A DNA stretch of 39,567 nt from Candidatus Fervidifonticultor sextus (GTDB lineage Bacteria; Sysuimicrobiota; Sysuimicrobiia; Sysuimicrobiales; Humicultoraceae): the NCBI GenBank assembly GCA_031459875.1, contig JAVKHQ010000025.1, forward strand, positions 1 through 39,567, in the 5' to 3' direction. Below, one piece after another: positions 10,919 through 20,095 of the stretch (position 1 is the stretch's first letter; every line of letters begins with the position of its first letter). The notes below the pieces were generated by a model. The model worked only from the letters and a program-made list of their open reading frames with translations, searched no databases and was not told where the DNA came from. Both the position numbers and the translations under genes were made by a program.

Positions 10919-12261
10919 CGGCCTGTCCCCCGACCGCCCAGGGCCGCTGGCGGAGATGCCGAGGGCACCCCGCGCGGGATCCCGGCGCGCTCCAGGATCG
11001 CGTCCACGTGCTCGAGGTAAGGGGTCAGGTCGAAGCAGGCGTCGAGTTCGGCGGGCGACAGCAGGCCGGAGGCGCCGATGAGGTCCCTAAAGCGCCCCCG
11101 GCCCTCCTGCGCCGCCGCGGCCGCCTCCTGGACGAGACGGTAGGCCTCCTCGCGGGGCCGGCCCTTTTCGATCAGGGCCAGCAGCACCCGGTGGCTGAAG
11201 ACGAGGCCGCCTCCCGCGTCCAGGTTGCGCCGCATCGCCTCGGGGTAGACGCGGAGCCCGGTCAGGACGCGGTGCAGGGTCTTCAGCATGTAGTGGACCA
11301 GCCCGGTCGCCTGGGGGAAGATCACGCGCTCGGCGGACGAGTGGCTGATGTCCCGCTCGCCCCACAGGGCCTGGTTCTCCATCGCCGCCAGGGCCGCGCC
11401 CCGCACGAGGCGCGCTAAGCCCGCCAGCCGCTCGCAGAGAATGGGGTTGCGCTTGTGCGGCATCGCGGACGAGCCGGTCTGGCCCGCCGCGAAGGGCTCC
11501 TCCACCTCGCGGATCTCCGACCGCTGCAGGGCGCGGATCTCGGTGGCGATCTTCTCGATGGTCCCGGCCAGGATGGCCAGCGCGGCCACGTACTCGGCGT
11601 GGCGGTCGCGCTGGAGGATCTGCGTGCTGGCCGGCGCCGGGGTGAGCCCGAGCCGCGCGCACACCGCGGCCTCGACCTCGGGCGGGTTGTGGGCGAACGT
11701 CCCCACCTCGCCCGACAGTTTTCCGACCCGCACGGCCTCCCGCGCTGCCCGCACCCGCGCCTCGGCGCGGCCCAGTTCCGCGTGCCAGACGGCCACCTTC
11801 ACGCCGAAGGTGATGGGCTCGGCCTGGATGCCGTGGGTGCGGCCGGCCATCACCGTGTACCGGTGCCGGTCGGCGAGTTCGGCGGTGGCGCGGCGGACCC
11901 CGTCCAGGGCTTCGAGGATCAGGTCGGCGGCGCGCACCAGGAGGACCGACTGCGCGGTGTCCACCACATCCGAGGAGCCCAATCCCCGGTGCAGGTACGA
12001 CGCGTCGGGGCCGGTCAGCTCCGCCACCGAGCGCAGGAACGCCACCACCTCGTGCTGGGTCTGGGTCCGCTCGATCTCGTCGATGCGCTCGGGCGTCCCA
12101 CAGCGCGCCTGCCGCCTGAGGCGCTCGGCGACCTGGCGGGGCACCATCCCCCGCTCTGCCTGGGCCTCCACGGTGAGGAGTTCGATCTCGAGCCACAGCG
12201 CGAACCTCGCCTCGGGGGCCCACAGGGCGCGCATCTCGGGCGTGGCATAGCGGTCGATCAC
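10915..12261 (-). CDS. purB: Adenylosuccinate lyase
   Basis: IDRY N-terminus, GRTHG, GSSAMPHKRNP, ERDISHSSAER. Confidence 0.97.
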   Translation of the reverse strand: MIDRYATPEMRALWAPEARFALWLEIELLTVEAQAERGMVPRQVAERLRRQARCGTPERIDEIERTQTQHEVVAFLRSVAELTGPDASYLHRGLGSSDVVDTAQSVLLVRAADLILEALDGVRRATAELADRHRYTVMAGRTHGIQAEPITFGVKVAVWHAELGRAEARVRAAREAVRVGKLSGEVGTFAHNPPEVEAAVCARLGLTPAPASTQILQRDRHAEYVAALAILAGTIEKIATEIRALQRSEIREVEEPFAAGQTGSSAMPHKRNPILCERLAGLARLVRGAALAAMENQALWGERDISHSSAERVIFPQATGLVHYMLKTLHRVLTGLRVYPEAMRRNLDAGGGLVFSHRVLLALIEKGRPREEAYRLVQEAAAAAQEGRGRFRDLIGASGLLSPAELDACFDLTPYLEHVDAILERAGIPRGVPSASPPAALGGRGTGR

Positions 12262-13553
12262 CGCCGGACCTCCGAGCCGGCCGGGTGAGCGATGCGCAGC
12301 AGGTCCTCCCGGCCGCGGCCCAGCCCGACCATCGTCACCGGCACCCCGCAGAACGCGGCCAGGCGGTCGAGGAACCGCCGGGCCGCCGCCGGCAGCTCGT
12401 CCACGTGCTCCACGCGTTCCGGCAGCCGCCAGCCCGGCAGGGTCTCGTAGACCGGCTCGACCTCGAAGAGCACCGGGGTGTCCGGCATCGCCTCGAGCAG
12501 GGCACCGCGGTGGCGGTAGGCCGTGCAGATCTTCACGTGATCCATGCCGTCCAGCACGTCGAGTTTCATCACGGCCAGTTCGGTGAACCCGGCCACCTCG
12601 GCGGCAAACCGGGCGGCCACGGCGTCGAACCATCCGCAGCGCCGCGGCCGGCCCGTGGTCGTGCCGAACTCGCCGCCGACCTCGCGGATGCGTCGGGCGG
12701 TCTCGTCGTGGAGTTCGGTGGGCATGGGGCCCGAGCCCACCGCCGTCGTGTAGGCCTTCACGACCCCGACCACGCGGGTGATTCGACCGGCCGGAATGCC
12801 GGCGCCCGCGGCCGCGCCCCCGGGCAGGCAGGTGGACGACGTCACGTACGGGTAGACACCCCAGTCCAGGTCGCGCATCACGCCCAGGTGCCCTTCCAGG
12901 AGGATCCGCTGGTCGGCGCGCAGCGCCTTCTGCACCACGAGGTGGCTATCCACGATCCGAGGCCCCAGGACCTCGCGCCACCGCCGGCACTGCTCCAGGA
13001 CCGCATCGGGGTCGATCGGTCCGGCGCCGCCGGCCTCGGCCAGCATGCGGTTGGTGCGGGCCACCTGATGGCGCACCTGCGCGGCCAGGACCTCGGGGTG
13101 CAGCAGATCCCCCACGCGGACGCCGACGCGGCCGACCTTATCGGCGTAGGCCGGCCAGATTCCCTGCTTCGTGGTCCCGTGTCGTCCGGCTCCCCGCAGT
13201 TCTTCCTCGTGGATGTCGAGGGCGATGTGGTGGGAAAAGACCAGATGCGCCCGGCTGGAGACCACCACGTTGTGCGTGGAGATGCCCTGGCTCTCCAGTG
13301 CCGCCAGTTCCTCGATCAGGACATCCGGGTTCACGACGACCCCCGGGCCGATCAGGCAGGTCACCGCAGGGTGCAGGACCCCGCACGGGACCAAGTGGAG
13401 GCGGAAGATCCCCCGCGCATCCACAACAGTGTGGCCGGCATTCGACCCGCCGTTGTAGCGGATCACGAGATCGGCCTCGCCCGCCAGGGCATCCACCACC
13501 TTGCCCTTGCCCTCGTCCCCCCAATGTCCTCCCACGACCGCAGTGACCGGCAT
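12258..13553 (-). CDS. purA: Adenylosuccinate synthetase
   Basis: WGDEGKGK, NAGHT, YPYVTSS, EFGTTTGRPRRCGWFD, KLDVL. Confidence 0.95.
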   Translation of the reverse strand: MPVTAVVGGHWGDEGKGKVVDALAGEADLVIRYNGGSNAGHTVVDARGIFRLHLVPCGVLHPAVTCLIGPGVVVNPDVLIEELAALESQGISTHNVVVSSRAHLVFSHHIALDIHEEELRGAGRHGTTKQGIWPAYADKVGRVGVRVGDLLHPEVLAAQVRHQVARTNRMLAEAGGAGPIDPDAVLEQCRRWREVLGPRIVDSHLVVQKALRADQRILLEGHLGVMRDLDWGVYPYVTSSTCLPGGAAAGAGIPAGRITRVVGVVKAYTTAVGSGPMPTELHDETARRIREVGGEFGTTTGRPRRCGWFDAVAARFAAEVAGFTELAVMKLDVLDGMDHVKICTAYRHRGALLEAMPDTPVLFEVEPVYETLPGWRLPERVEHVDELPAAARRFLDRLAAFCGVPVTMVGLGRGREDLLRIAHPAGSEVRR

Positions 13554-13556
13554 CGC

Positions 13557-14846
13557 CTACGCCCTCCCGGCGACCGGTGCGGCCAGCAGCCTGGCGCCGA
13601 TGTCACGGCGGTACTGCATGCCGGCAAAGGCCACGGACGCCACCGCGCGATAGGCGCGCTCCCGGGCCGCCCGCGGCGTGGCGTCGCATCCGACGACGGT
13701 CACCACGCGGCCGCCGGCGGTGACCACCCGGCCGTCGCGCTCTGCGGTCCCGCTGTGGAAGACCAGCGCTTCTCTTGCGGCGGCCTCAAGGCCCTCCACC
13801 ATGACACCAACCTCCGGGGCGCCCGGATACCCCCGGGCCGCCAGCACGACCCCCACGGCCGCCCCTTCGGGGGTCGCGAGATCGTGTGGGCCCAGCCGCC
13901 CGGCGTGCAGCGCATCGACGGCATCGGGCAGGCCGATCCGAAGCAGCGGGAGGATCACCTGCGCTTCGGGGTCGCCGAGCCGGCAGTTGAACTCCAGCAC
14001 CTTCGGACCGTCCCGTGTGAGCATCAGGCCCGCAAAGAGCACACCGCGGTAGGGATGCCCTTCCGCGCACATCGCGCGGGCCACCGGCTCGATGATCTCG
14101 CGCAGGATCCGCCTGCGGAGCGCCTCGGAGAGGGGGTAGGGTGCGGCGGCCCCCATGCCGCCGGTGTTGGGGCCGCAGTCGCCGTCGCCGAGGCGTTTGT
14201 GGTCCTGGGCCGCGGGCAGCAGGGCCGCAGCCTCGCCGTCCACCAGGGCGAAGACGCTGACCTCGTCGCCCTCCAGGCGCTCCTCGATCACGATGCGCCG
14301 ACCGGCCTGGCCGAAGGCGCCGGCGAGCATCGCCCGGGCTGCAGCACGCGCCTGATCCGGCTCATCGCAGACCACGACGCCCTTGCCGGCGGCCAGGCCG
14401 TCGGCCTTGACGACCAGCGGACCGGGAGCCTGCTCGATGTAGGCCAGCGCCGCGCCCGCCCCGTCGAAGACGCCGTAGCGCGCCGTGGGGATCCCGTGCC
14501 GCTCCATGAGGGCTTTGGCAAACGCCTTGCTGCCCTCCAGCGCGGCGGCGGCGGCGCCTGGCCCCAGCACGGGCAGGCCGCGCGCCTTGAAGAGGTCGGC
14601 CAGTCCCGCCACCAGGGGGGCTTCAGGGCCGACGATCGTCAGGTCGGCTGCCAGCGCAGCGGCGGCATCCGCCAGCGCCGTCAGGTCGTGCGGGGGAATT
14701 GGAAGACATGTGGCGCCCCGGGCAATCCCGGGGTTGCCCGGAGCGCAGTACAGACGGGCATGCGGGTAGCACCTGCGGAGGTGCCAGGCCAGGGCGTGTT
14801 CCCTGCCACCGCCTCCTACGACGAACAAAGTGTGGTAATATGCCAT
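13557..14846 (-). CDS. purD: Phosphoribosylamine-glycine ligase
   Basis: GGGGREHAL, PGNPGI, VGPEAPL, LEGSKAFAK, KADGLAAGKGV, QDHKR, NTGGMGA, EFNCRLGDPE. Start at ATG 14846 is inferred and has no clear SD. Confidence 0.95.
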   Translation of the reverse strand: MAYYHTLFVVGGGGREHALAWHLRRCYPHARLYCAPGNPGIARGATCLPIPPHDLTALADAAAALAADLTIVGPEAPLVAGLADLFKARGLPVLGPGAAAAALEGSKAFAKALMERHGIPTARYGVFDGAGAALAYIEQAPGPLVVKADGLAAGKGVVVCDEPDQARAAARAMLAGAFGQAGRRIVIEERLEGDEVSVFALVDGEAAALLPAAQDHKRLGDGDCGPNTGGMGAAAPYPLSEALRRRILREIIEPVARAMCAEGHPYRGVLFAGLMLTRDGPKVLEFNCRLGDPEAQVILPLLRIGLPDAVDALHAGRLGPHDLATPEGAAVGVVLAARGYPGAPEVGVMVEGLEAAAREALVFHSGTAERDGRVVTAGGRVVTVVGCDATPRAARERAYRAVASVAFAGMQYRRDIGARLLAAPVAGRA

Positions 14847-14860
14847 ATATTGTTCGTAAT
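14818..14860. promoter_or_regulatory. Putative PurR (Bacillus-type) operator: two inverted PurBox-like sites
   Basis: ACGAACAA...TTGTTCGT, i.e. GAAC (14823-14826)-N25-GTTC (14852-14855), in an AT-rich island at the head of the pur operon. Confidence 0.7.
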
Positions 14861-14901
14861 AATCGCTAAAATAGAGGCGAAACCGCCCCTTTGCAGCGAC
14901 T

Positions 14902-14930
14902 ACAGTAGCACAGATACCGGACATTAGCAA
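14902..14930 (-). promoter_or_regulatory. Putative pur operon promoter
   Basis: TTGCTA (14930-14925), 17-bp spacer ending in TGC, TACTGT (14907-14902). Confidence 0.6.
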
Positions 14931-14959
14931 GTCCGGCAGGAAGCGAAGCGGAGGGAAGC

Positions 14960-15604
14960 CTACGAGGTCCCGGAAGCCGGGCGGGCGGTGAATCGGAATT
15001 CCAGGCGCGCTTCATTCTCGGCCCGGAGGATCCCCAGGATGGAGGGCGGGTCGAAGCCGAAGTCGGTCATCCTGATGGTGGTGGTGGCGGTTCCGGTCAG
15101 CGTCTCACCGTCGAGTTTGAGCGTCACGGCGAAGGTGGTCGGACGGGTCACGTCGCGGACCTTGAGGTTGCCCACGACCTGCAGGGAGAGTTCACGGCCG
15201 TCCTGATAGGTCTCCGGTAGACCCTGAATCGAGGTCGGCGTGAACTCGGCGAGGGGGAATCGGGCGGACTCCAGCCAGCGCGTCCGGATCGCGTTGTCCC
15301 GGCGGGCGCTGTCGGACCGGAACTGGCTGATGTCCACGGTGATGACCCCGATCCGGCTGTTCGCCGGACGCGCCCGGTCGACCAGAATCTCGCCGCGGAC
15401 CGCGCTGGTGACCCCGACCGCGATGTTCAACCGGTTCCCCTCGTTGAGGAAGACCTCCGCCACCCGGTAGGTGACGCTGGACTCGGCCGGCACGATGACG
15501 AAGCGCAGCAGTGCGGCAGGGGTGGGAGCGGCTCCCCTGACCGGGGACCCCGCCGTGGTCCCGACCAGCGCGATGGCGCACAGCACAACGGTGACGCGTC
15601 CCAT
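14960..15604 (-). CDS. YceI-family secreted lipid/polyisoprenoid-binding protein
   Basis: Signal peptide, SDSARRDNAI, FPLAEF, GNLKVRDVTRP, IRMTDFG. SD before ATG 15604. Confidence 0.88.
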   Translation of the reverse strand: MGRVTVVLCAIALVGTTAGSPVRGAAPTPAALLRFVIVPAESSVTYRVAEVFLNEGNRLNIAVGVTSAVRGEILVDRARPANSRIGVITVDISQFRSDSARRDNAIRTRWLESARFPLAEFTPTSIQGLPETYQDGRELSLQVVGNLKVRDVTRPTTFAVTLKLDGETLTGTATTTIRMTDFGFDPPSILGILRAENEARLEFRFTARPASGTS

Positions 15605-15662
15605 AGCTCCCCCCCCGTCAGATCGTCGGCGCGATGCGACCGTCGCTTCGCCGCTTATCACG

Positions 15663-15704
15663 GCGGGAGCCCGGTGGCGCGGGAAGCGGCCACCGGGCTC
15701 CCGC
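15663..15704 (-). terminator. Strong hairpin downstream of groEL (terminator/stabiliser)
   Basis: 15-bp perfect inverted repeat GCGGGAGCCCGGTGG / CCACCGGGCTCCCGC with a 12-nt loop and no U-tract. Confidence 0.6.
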
Positions 15705-15728
15705 GTCCGCGGAGCGCCGGCCGCCGCG

Positions 15729-17339
15729 CTACATCGGCGGCATCGGCGGCGTCGCCGCCGGCTTCTCCTCCTCGGGCTTCTCGACCACCATGGCCTCGGT
15801 CGTCAGCAGCAACCCGGCCACGCTCGCCGCGTTCTGCAGGGCCGAGCGCACCACCTTCGCCGGATCGACGATGCCGGCCTTGAACATGTCCACGAACTGG
15901 CCGGTCATGACGTCGTAGCCCCAGCCGGGCTTCTGCTCCTTGAGACGCTCCACGATGATCGAACCTTCCTGGCCGGCGTTGACGGCCAGCTGCTTGGCCG
16001 GCTCGGCCAGGGCGCGGGCCACGATGCCGGCCCCGGTCTTCTCGTCGCCGTCCAGGGTCAGTTTCTCGATCGCGCGCCCGGCGACCACCAACGCCGAGCC
16101 CCCGCCGGCCACGATGCCCTCCTCCACTGCGGAGCGGGTCGCGCGCAGGGCGTCCTCGGTGCGGGTCTTGCGGTACTTCAGTTCGGCCTCGCTGGGGGCG
16201 CCGACCCTGATGACGGCCACGCCGCCGGAGAGCTTGCCCAGGCGCTCCTGCAGTTTCTCGCGGTCGTAGTCGGACTCCGTCTCCTCGATCTGCTTGCGGA
16301 GCTGCTGGATCCGCCTGTCAATGGCCGCCCGGTCCCCGGCGCCCTTGACGATGATGGTCTCCTCCTTGCGGATCTTCACCTGGCCCGCGCGGCCCAGGTG
16401 ACGCACCTCGGCGTTCTCCAGCTTGAGCCCGACCTCTTCGCTGACGACCTGGCCGCCGGTCAGGATGGCGATGTCTTCCAGGATGGCCTTGCGCCGCTCG
16501 CCGAACGCCGGCGCCTTGACGGCGGCCACCTGTAGCGTCCCGCGCAGCTTGTTGACCACCAGGGTCGCCAGGGCCTCGCCCTCCACATCCTCGGCGATAA
16601 CCACCAGCGGGCGGCCCATCTGCACCACGCGCTCGAGCACCGGCAGGAGGTCCTTGACGGCGCTGATCTTCTTGTCCGTAATCAGCAGCAGGGCGTCGTC
16701 GAGGACGGCCTCCATCTTCTCGGGGTCGGTGATGAAGTACGGGGAGATGTACCCCTTGTCGAACATCATCCCCTCAACGACCTCGACGGTCGTCTCGATC
16801 CCCTTGGACTCCTCCACCGTGATCACGCCGTCCTTGCCCACCTTGTCCATGGCGTCTGCGATGAGCTTGCCGATGGTGGGGTCGTTGGCGGCGATGCTGG
16901 CGACGCTCTCGATGGCCTCCTTGGTCTCGACGGGCTTGGCCAGGGCCCGGATCTCCTCGACCACGGCGGCGACGGCCTTGTCGATGCCCCGCTTGAGGGC
17001 CATGGGGTTGGCGCCGGCCGCCACCATCTTCATGCCGTCCCGGGCGATGGCCGCGGCCAGGATCGTGGCTGTGGTCGTGCCGTCTCCGGCCACGTCCTCG
17101 GTCTTCGTGGCCACCTCGCGGACCAGCTGGGCCCCGGCGTTCTCGAAGGGATCGTCCAGCTCCACCTCTTTGGCCACCGTCACCCCGTCGTGGGTGATCG
17201 TGGGCGAGCCGAATTTCTTTTCCAGGACCACGTTGCGGCCTTTGGGCCCCAGCGTGATGCGCACGGCGTCGGCGAGCCTGGAGACGCCGCGCTCCATGGC
17301 CCGGCGCGCCTCTTCATCGTAGGCGAGAATCTTTGGCAT
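15729..17339 (-). CDS. groL: Chaperonin GroEL
   Basis: [45 protein letters not shown]. Confidence 0.99.
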   Translation of the reverse strand: MPKILAYDEEARRAMERGVSRLADAVRITLGPKGRNVVLEKKFGSPTITHDGVTVAKEVELDDPFENAGAQLVREVATKTEDVAGDGTTTATILAAAIARDGMKMVAAGANPMALKRGIDKAVAAVVEEIRALAKPVETKEAIESVASIAANDPTIGKLIADAMDKVGKDGVITVEESKGIETTVEVVEGMMFDKGYISPYFITDPEKMEAVLDDALLLITDKKISAVKDLLPVLERVVQMGRPLVVIAEDVEGEALATLVVNKLRGTLQVAAVKAPAFGERRKAILEDIAILTGGQVVSEEVGLKLENAEVRHLGRAGQVKIRKEETIIVKGAGDRAAIDRRIQQLRKQIEETESDYDREKLQERLGKLSGGVAVIRVGAPSEAELKYRKTRTEDALRATRSAVEEGIVAGGGSALVVAGRAIEKLTLDGDEKTGAGIVARALAEPAKQLAVNAGQEGSIIVERLKEQKPGWGYDVMTGQFVDMFKAGIVDPAKVVRSALQNAASVAGLLLTTEAMVVEKPEEEKPAATPPMPPM

Positions 17340-17360
17340 GCCTGCCCTCCTCTGCCCTGC

Positions 17361-17675
17361 CTAGGCCTTGGCCGGTTCGGGAGTCTTCTCGACGATGGCC
17401 AGGATGTCGTTGGCCCGCAGGATGAGCAGCTCACCCTCGTCGGTCTTGACCTCGGTGCCGGCGTACTTCGCGAACAACACGCGGTCGCCCGGCTTCACAT
17501 CCGGGGCGATCCGGCGCTTGCCTTCCTCGTCCCACTCGCCAGGGCCGACGGCCACGACCTCCCCGTGCTGGGGCTTCTCCTTGGCGGTGTCCGGCAGGAC
17601 GATGCCGCCCTTGGTGCGCTCCTCCTCCTCCAGGGGCTTGACGACCACGCGGTCGCCGAGGGGCTTGAGTTTCAT
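17361..17675 (-). CDS. groS: Co-chaperonin GroES
   Basis: [33 protein letters not shown]. Confidence 0.99.
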   Translation of the reverse strand: MKLKPLGDRVVVKPLEEEERTKGGIVLPDTAKEKPQHGEVVAVGPGEWDEEGKRRIAPDVKPGDRVLFAKYAGTEVKTDEGELLILRANDILAIVEKTPEPAKA

Positions 17676-17715
17676 GCGTGCGTCCCTCCTTGGCTGTAGG
17701 ATTTTGGGTTGGGGA

Positions 17716-17742
17716 TTAGCACTCTCGCCTTGAGAGTGCTAG
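17716..17742 (-). promoter_or_regulatory. CIRCE element (HrcA operator)
   Basis: TTAGCACTC-N9-GAGTGCTAG, one mismatch to consensus, between the promoter and groES. Confidence 0.96.
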
Positions 17743-17751
17743 CCACCCCCC

Positions 17752-17780
17752 ATCATATCGGGCGGCCCGGCCGCGATCAA
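17752..17780 (-). promoter_or_regulatory. groESL sigma70-type promoter
   Basis: TTGATC-17 bp-TATGAT immediately upstream of CIRCE. Confidence 0.8.
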
Positions 17781-17810
17781 GTCCCTTCCACGCTGAGGGG
17801 CGGGGAAGCG

Positions 17811-18815
17811 TTACAGCGGCAGGTCGGAAGCCACCGAGAGGGTCCAGTCGGCCCGCTCTCCCCGGGCCAGGCGGGAGGCGCCGCACGCGGCGATCATGGC
17901 GGCGTTGTCCGTGCACAGCGCGGGTGGGGGAATGGATACCGGGACGCCGAGCCGCCCGGCCTCGGTCTCCAGCCGCCGCCTGAGCACCGAGTTGGCCGCC
18001 ACCCCGCCGGCAAGGAGGATCGCGACCGGCGCGAACTCGCCGGCCGCCCGGGCCACGGTCCCGACCAGCGCTTCGGCGACCACGCGCTGGAGCGACGCCG
18101 CGAGGTCGGCTTGGAAGACCGGATCGCCCGCCGGCCCGGCATCCATGGCCCGCAGGGCGGCGGTCTTGAGGCCGCTGAAGCTGAAGTCGTAACCGCGGCC
18201 ATGCCGGTCGGCCATGGGGACCGGAAGCGGAACGGCCCGCGGGTCCCCGGTTCGACCCAGGCGGTCCAGGTGCGGTCCCCCGGGATACGGCAGGCCCATA
18301 GCGCGGGCCACCTTGTCGAACGCCTCGCCGGCGGCGTCGTCGCGGGTGCGGCCGAGCATCACATACTGGTGCGGGCCTTCGACGAGCACCAGGTCGGTGT
18401 GCGCGCCCGAGACGATCAGCCCGAGCGCCGGGTGGGGCAGCGGCCCGCGACCGATGGTGCAGGCGAAGAGGTGTCCTTCCAGGTGGTTGACCCCGACCAG
18501 CGGGAGCCCGCGGACGAAAGCCAGGGTCTTGGCCGCGGCCACCCCCACGGCCAGGGCGCCGACCAGGCCCGGCCCGCACGTGACGGCGATCCCGTCGATC
18601 TGGGGCCAGGCCACGCCGGCCTCCTCGAGCGCCAGGTCCACGACCGGGAGAAGCCACTCCAGGTGCCGGCGCGAGGCCAGTTCCGGGACCACGCCCCCGA
18701 AGCGGCCGTGGAGGTCGGCCTGGGACGCCACGACGTTACTGCGCAGGCGGATGCCGTCCTCGACGACGGCCGCCGCGGTCTCGTCACAGGAGGTCTCGAT
18801 GCCCAGCGTGCGCAT
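17811..18815 (-). CDS. tsaD: tRNA t6A37 threonylcarbamoyltransferase TsaD
   Basis: LGIETSCDET, GGVVPELASRRH, NHLEGH, DDAAGEAFDKVAR, FSFSGLKT, CTDNAAMI. Confidence 0.98.
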   Translation of the reverse strand: MRTLGIETSCDETAAAVVEDGIRLRSNVVASQADLHGRFGGVVPELASRRHLEWLLPVVDLALEEAGVAWPQIDGIAVTCGPGLVGALAVGVAAAKTLAFVRGLPLVGVNHLEGHLFACTIGRGPLPHPALGLIVSGAHTDLVLVEGPHQYVMLGRTRDDAAGEAFDKVARAMGLPYPGGPHLDRLGRTGDPRAVPLPVPMADRHGRGYDFSFSGLKTAALRAMDAGPAGDPVFQADLAASLQRVVAEALVGTVARAAGEFAPVAILLAGGVAANSVLRRRLETEAGRLGVPVSIPPPALCTDNAAMIAACGASRLARGERADWTLSVASDLPL

Positions 18816-18827
18816 GCCGGCGCCGCG

Positions 18828-19343
18828 CTACCCCTCCAGGCTCCGGCGAATCGCCTCGAGGCGGGCCTGGGCCTCCGGATCGCGGAGGTTCCCGCTCCAC
18901 ATGACGATGGCGTCCTCGCCGTTGTCGCTGTAGTAGCGCTTGCGCAGCGCGACGTCGCGGAACCCGAACCTGCGGTAGAGGGCGAGGGCGGCGGCGTTCG
19001 ACGGCCGGACCTCCAGCGTCATCCAGCGGGCGTCGCGCGCCAGGGCGTGGTCGATCAGCGCCAGGAGCAGCCGCGTACCGATCCCCTGCCCGCGGCGGCG
19101 CGGGTCGACGGCGATGGTGGTCACGTGGGCCTCGTCGAAGACGACCCACATGCCGGCGAATCCGGCGACCACGCCGTCCTCGTCCCGGGCCACCAGGTAG
19201 CAGGCCACCCGGTTCTCTTCCAGTTCCGCGCGGTAGGCATCCCGCGGCCACGGGACGGCAAAACTTGCCTGCTCCACCTCCCGCACGCGGGGGAGATCGG
19301 CCACCGTCATCGGTTCGATGCGGACGCGGGTGATCTGCCTCAT
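18828..19343 (-). CDS. rimI: Ribosomal protein S18 alanine N-acetyltransferase
   Basis: EAHVTTIAV, RGQGIG, TLEVRPSN, RKRYYSDNGEDAIVM; canonical position between tsaB and tsaD. Confidence 0.93.
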   Translation of the reverse strand: MRQITRVRIEPMTVADLPRVREVEQASFAVPWPRDAYRAELEENRVACYLVARDEDGVVAGFAGMWVVFDEAHVTTIAVDPRRRGQGIGTRLLLALIDHALARDARWMTLEVRPSNAAALALYRRFGFRDVALRKRYYSDNGEDAIVMWSGNLRDPEAQARLEAIRRSLEG

Positions 19344-19407
19344 CGCAGGCAGGGGCAGCGTCGGCCGCCGACGGCACTCCGCTTCTGGACTGGAGGCCGC
19401 GCTTCCT

Positions 19408-20091
19408 TCATGCCGGATATGGCTGAACCGCCTGCGACCGCACGTAGATCGGGACCAGCCCCAGCGGATCGTCCCGCTCCCCCCGCACGAGCCGGGCCCG
19501 GCCGAGGGCGCCGGCCACGGAAGCCCGCGGAAACCATTCCGCCCGCGGGAGCAGGCGGGCCCGGGGACCCAGCGCCTCGACGATCGCCGCCGCGTGACGC
19601 TCGAGGGCGTCGCCGGTGACAGCCACCGGCTCCGACGATGCGCCCAGGCAGTCGCGCAGCGCCGCGGGCGGTGCGATGAAGTCCGGCGTCACCCGCTGGA
19701 TGGCGCCGCCCCGGCGGAACACCGCTCCGGCGATCTCTCCGCGGCGGGCGTCCAGGGCGGCCAGCACGAGCCCGGACGCGGAGGCGCCTTCGGCCATCAC
19801 CTCGAGGGTCGACACGGCGACCAGCGGCCGCCCGGCCGCATGGGCCCAGGCGGCGGCGGTGGCGATCCCGATCCGCAGCCCGCTGAAGCCGCCGGGGCCG
19901 CGGGAGACGACCAGCCCCTCGATCGCCTCTCGCCGCAACCCCGCGTCGGCCAGCGCCGCGTCGATGGCCGGGAGGAGCCATTCGAGGTGACCGCCGGGCA
20001 CGTGCGCCGCCCGCTCGACCAGGAGGCCCTGAGGCCCCACCACGGCGACGCTGCCCCACGCGGTCGCCGTCTCAATGGCCAGAACGAGCAT
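19408..20091 (-). CDS. tsaB: t6A biosynthesis protein TsaB
   Basis: LAIETAT, GPGGFSGLRIG, DARRGE, PIYVR. Confidence 0.94.
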   Translation of the reverse strand: MLVLAIETATAWGSVAVVGPQGLLVERAAHVPGGHLEWLLPAIDAALADAGLRREAIEGLVVSRGPGGFSGLRIGIATAAAWAHAAGRPLVAVSTLEVMAEGASASGLVLAALDARRGEIAGAVFRRGGAIQRVTPDFIAPPAALRDCLGASSEPVAVTGDALERHAAAIVEALGPRARLLPRAEWFPRASVAGALGRARLVRGERDDPLGLVPIYVRSQAVQPYPA

Positions 20092-20095
20092 ACGG

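Noticed and set aside
12258..13553. PurZ (2-aminoadenine pathway) interpretation of the divergent PurA
   Set aside because: The catalytic Asp in GDEGKGK is retained (PurZ has Ser there), and the context is a chromosomal pur operon with no phage genes.
14847..14959. Purine, ZTP (pfl) or PRPP riboswitch ahead of purD
   Set aside because: The leader is short and lacks the conserved aptamer sequences.
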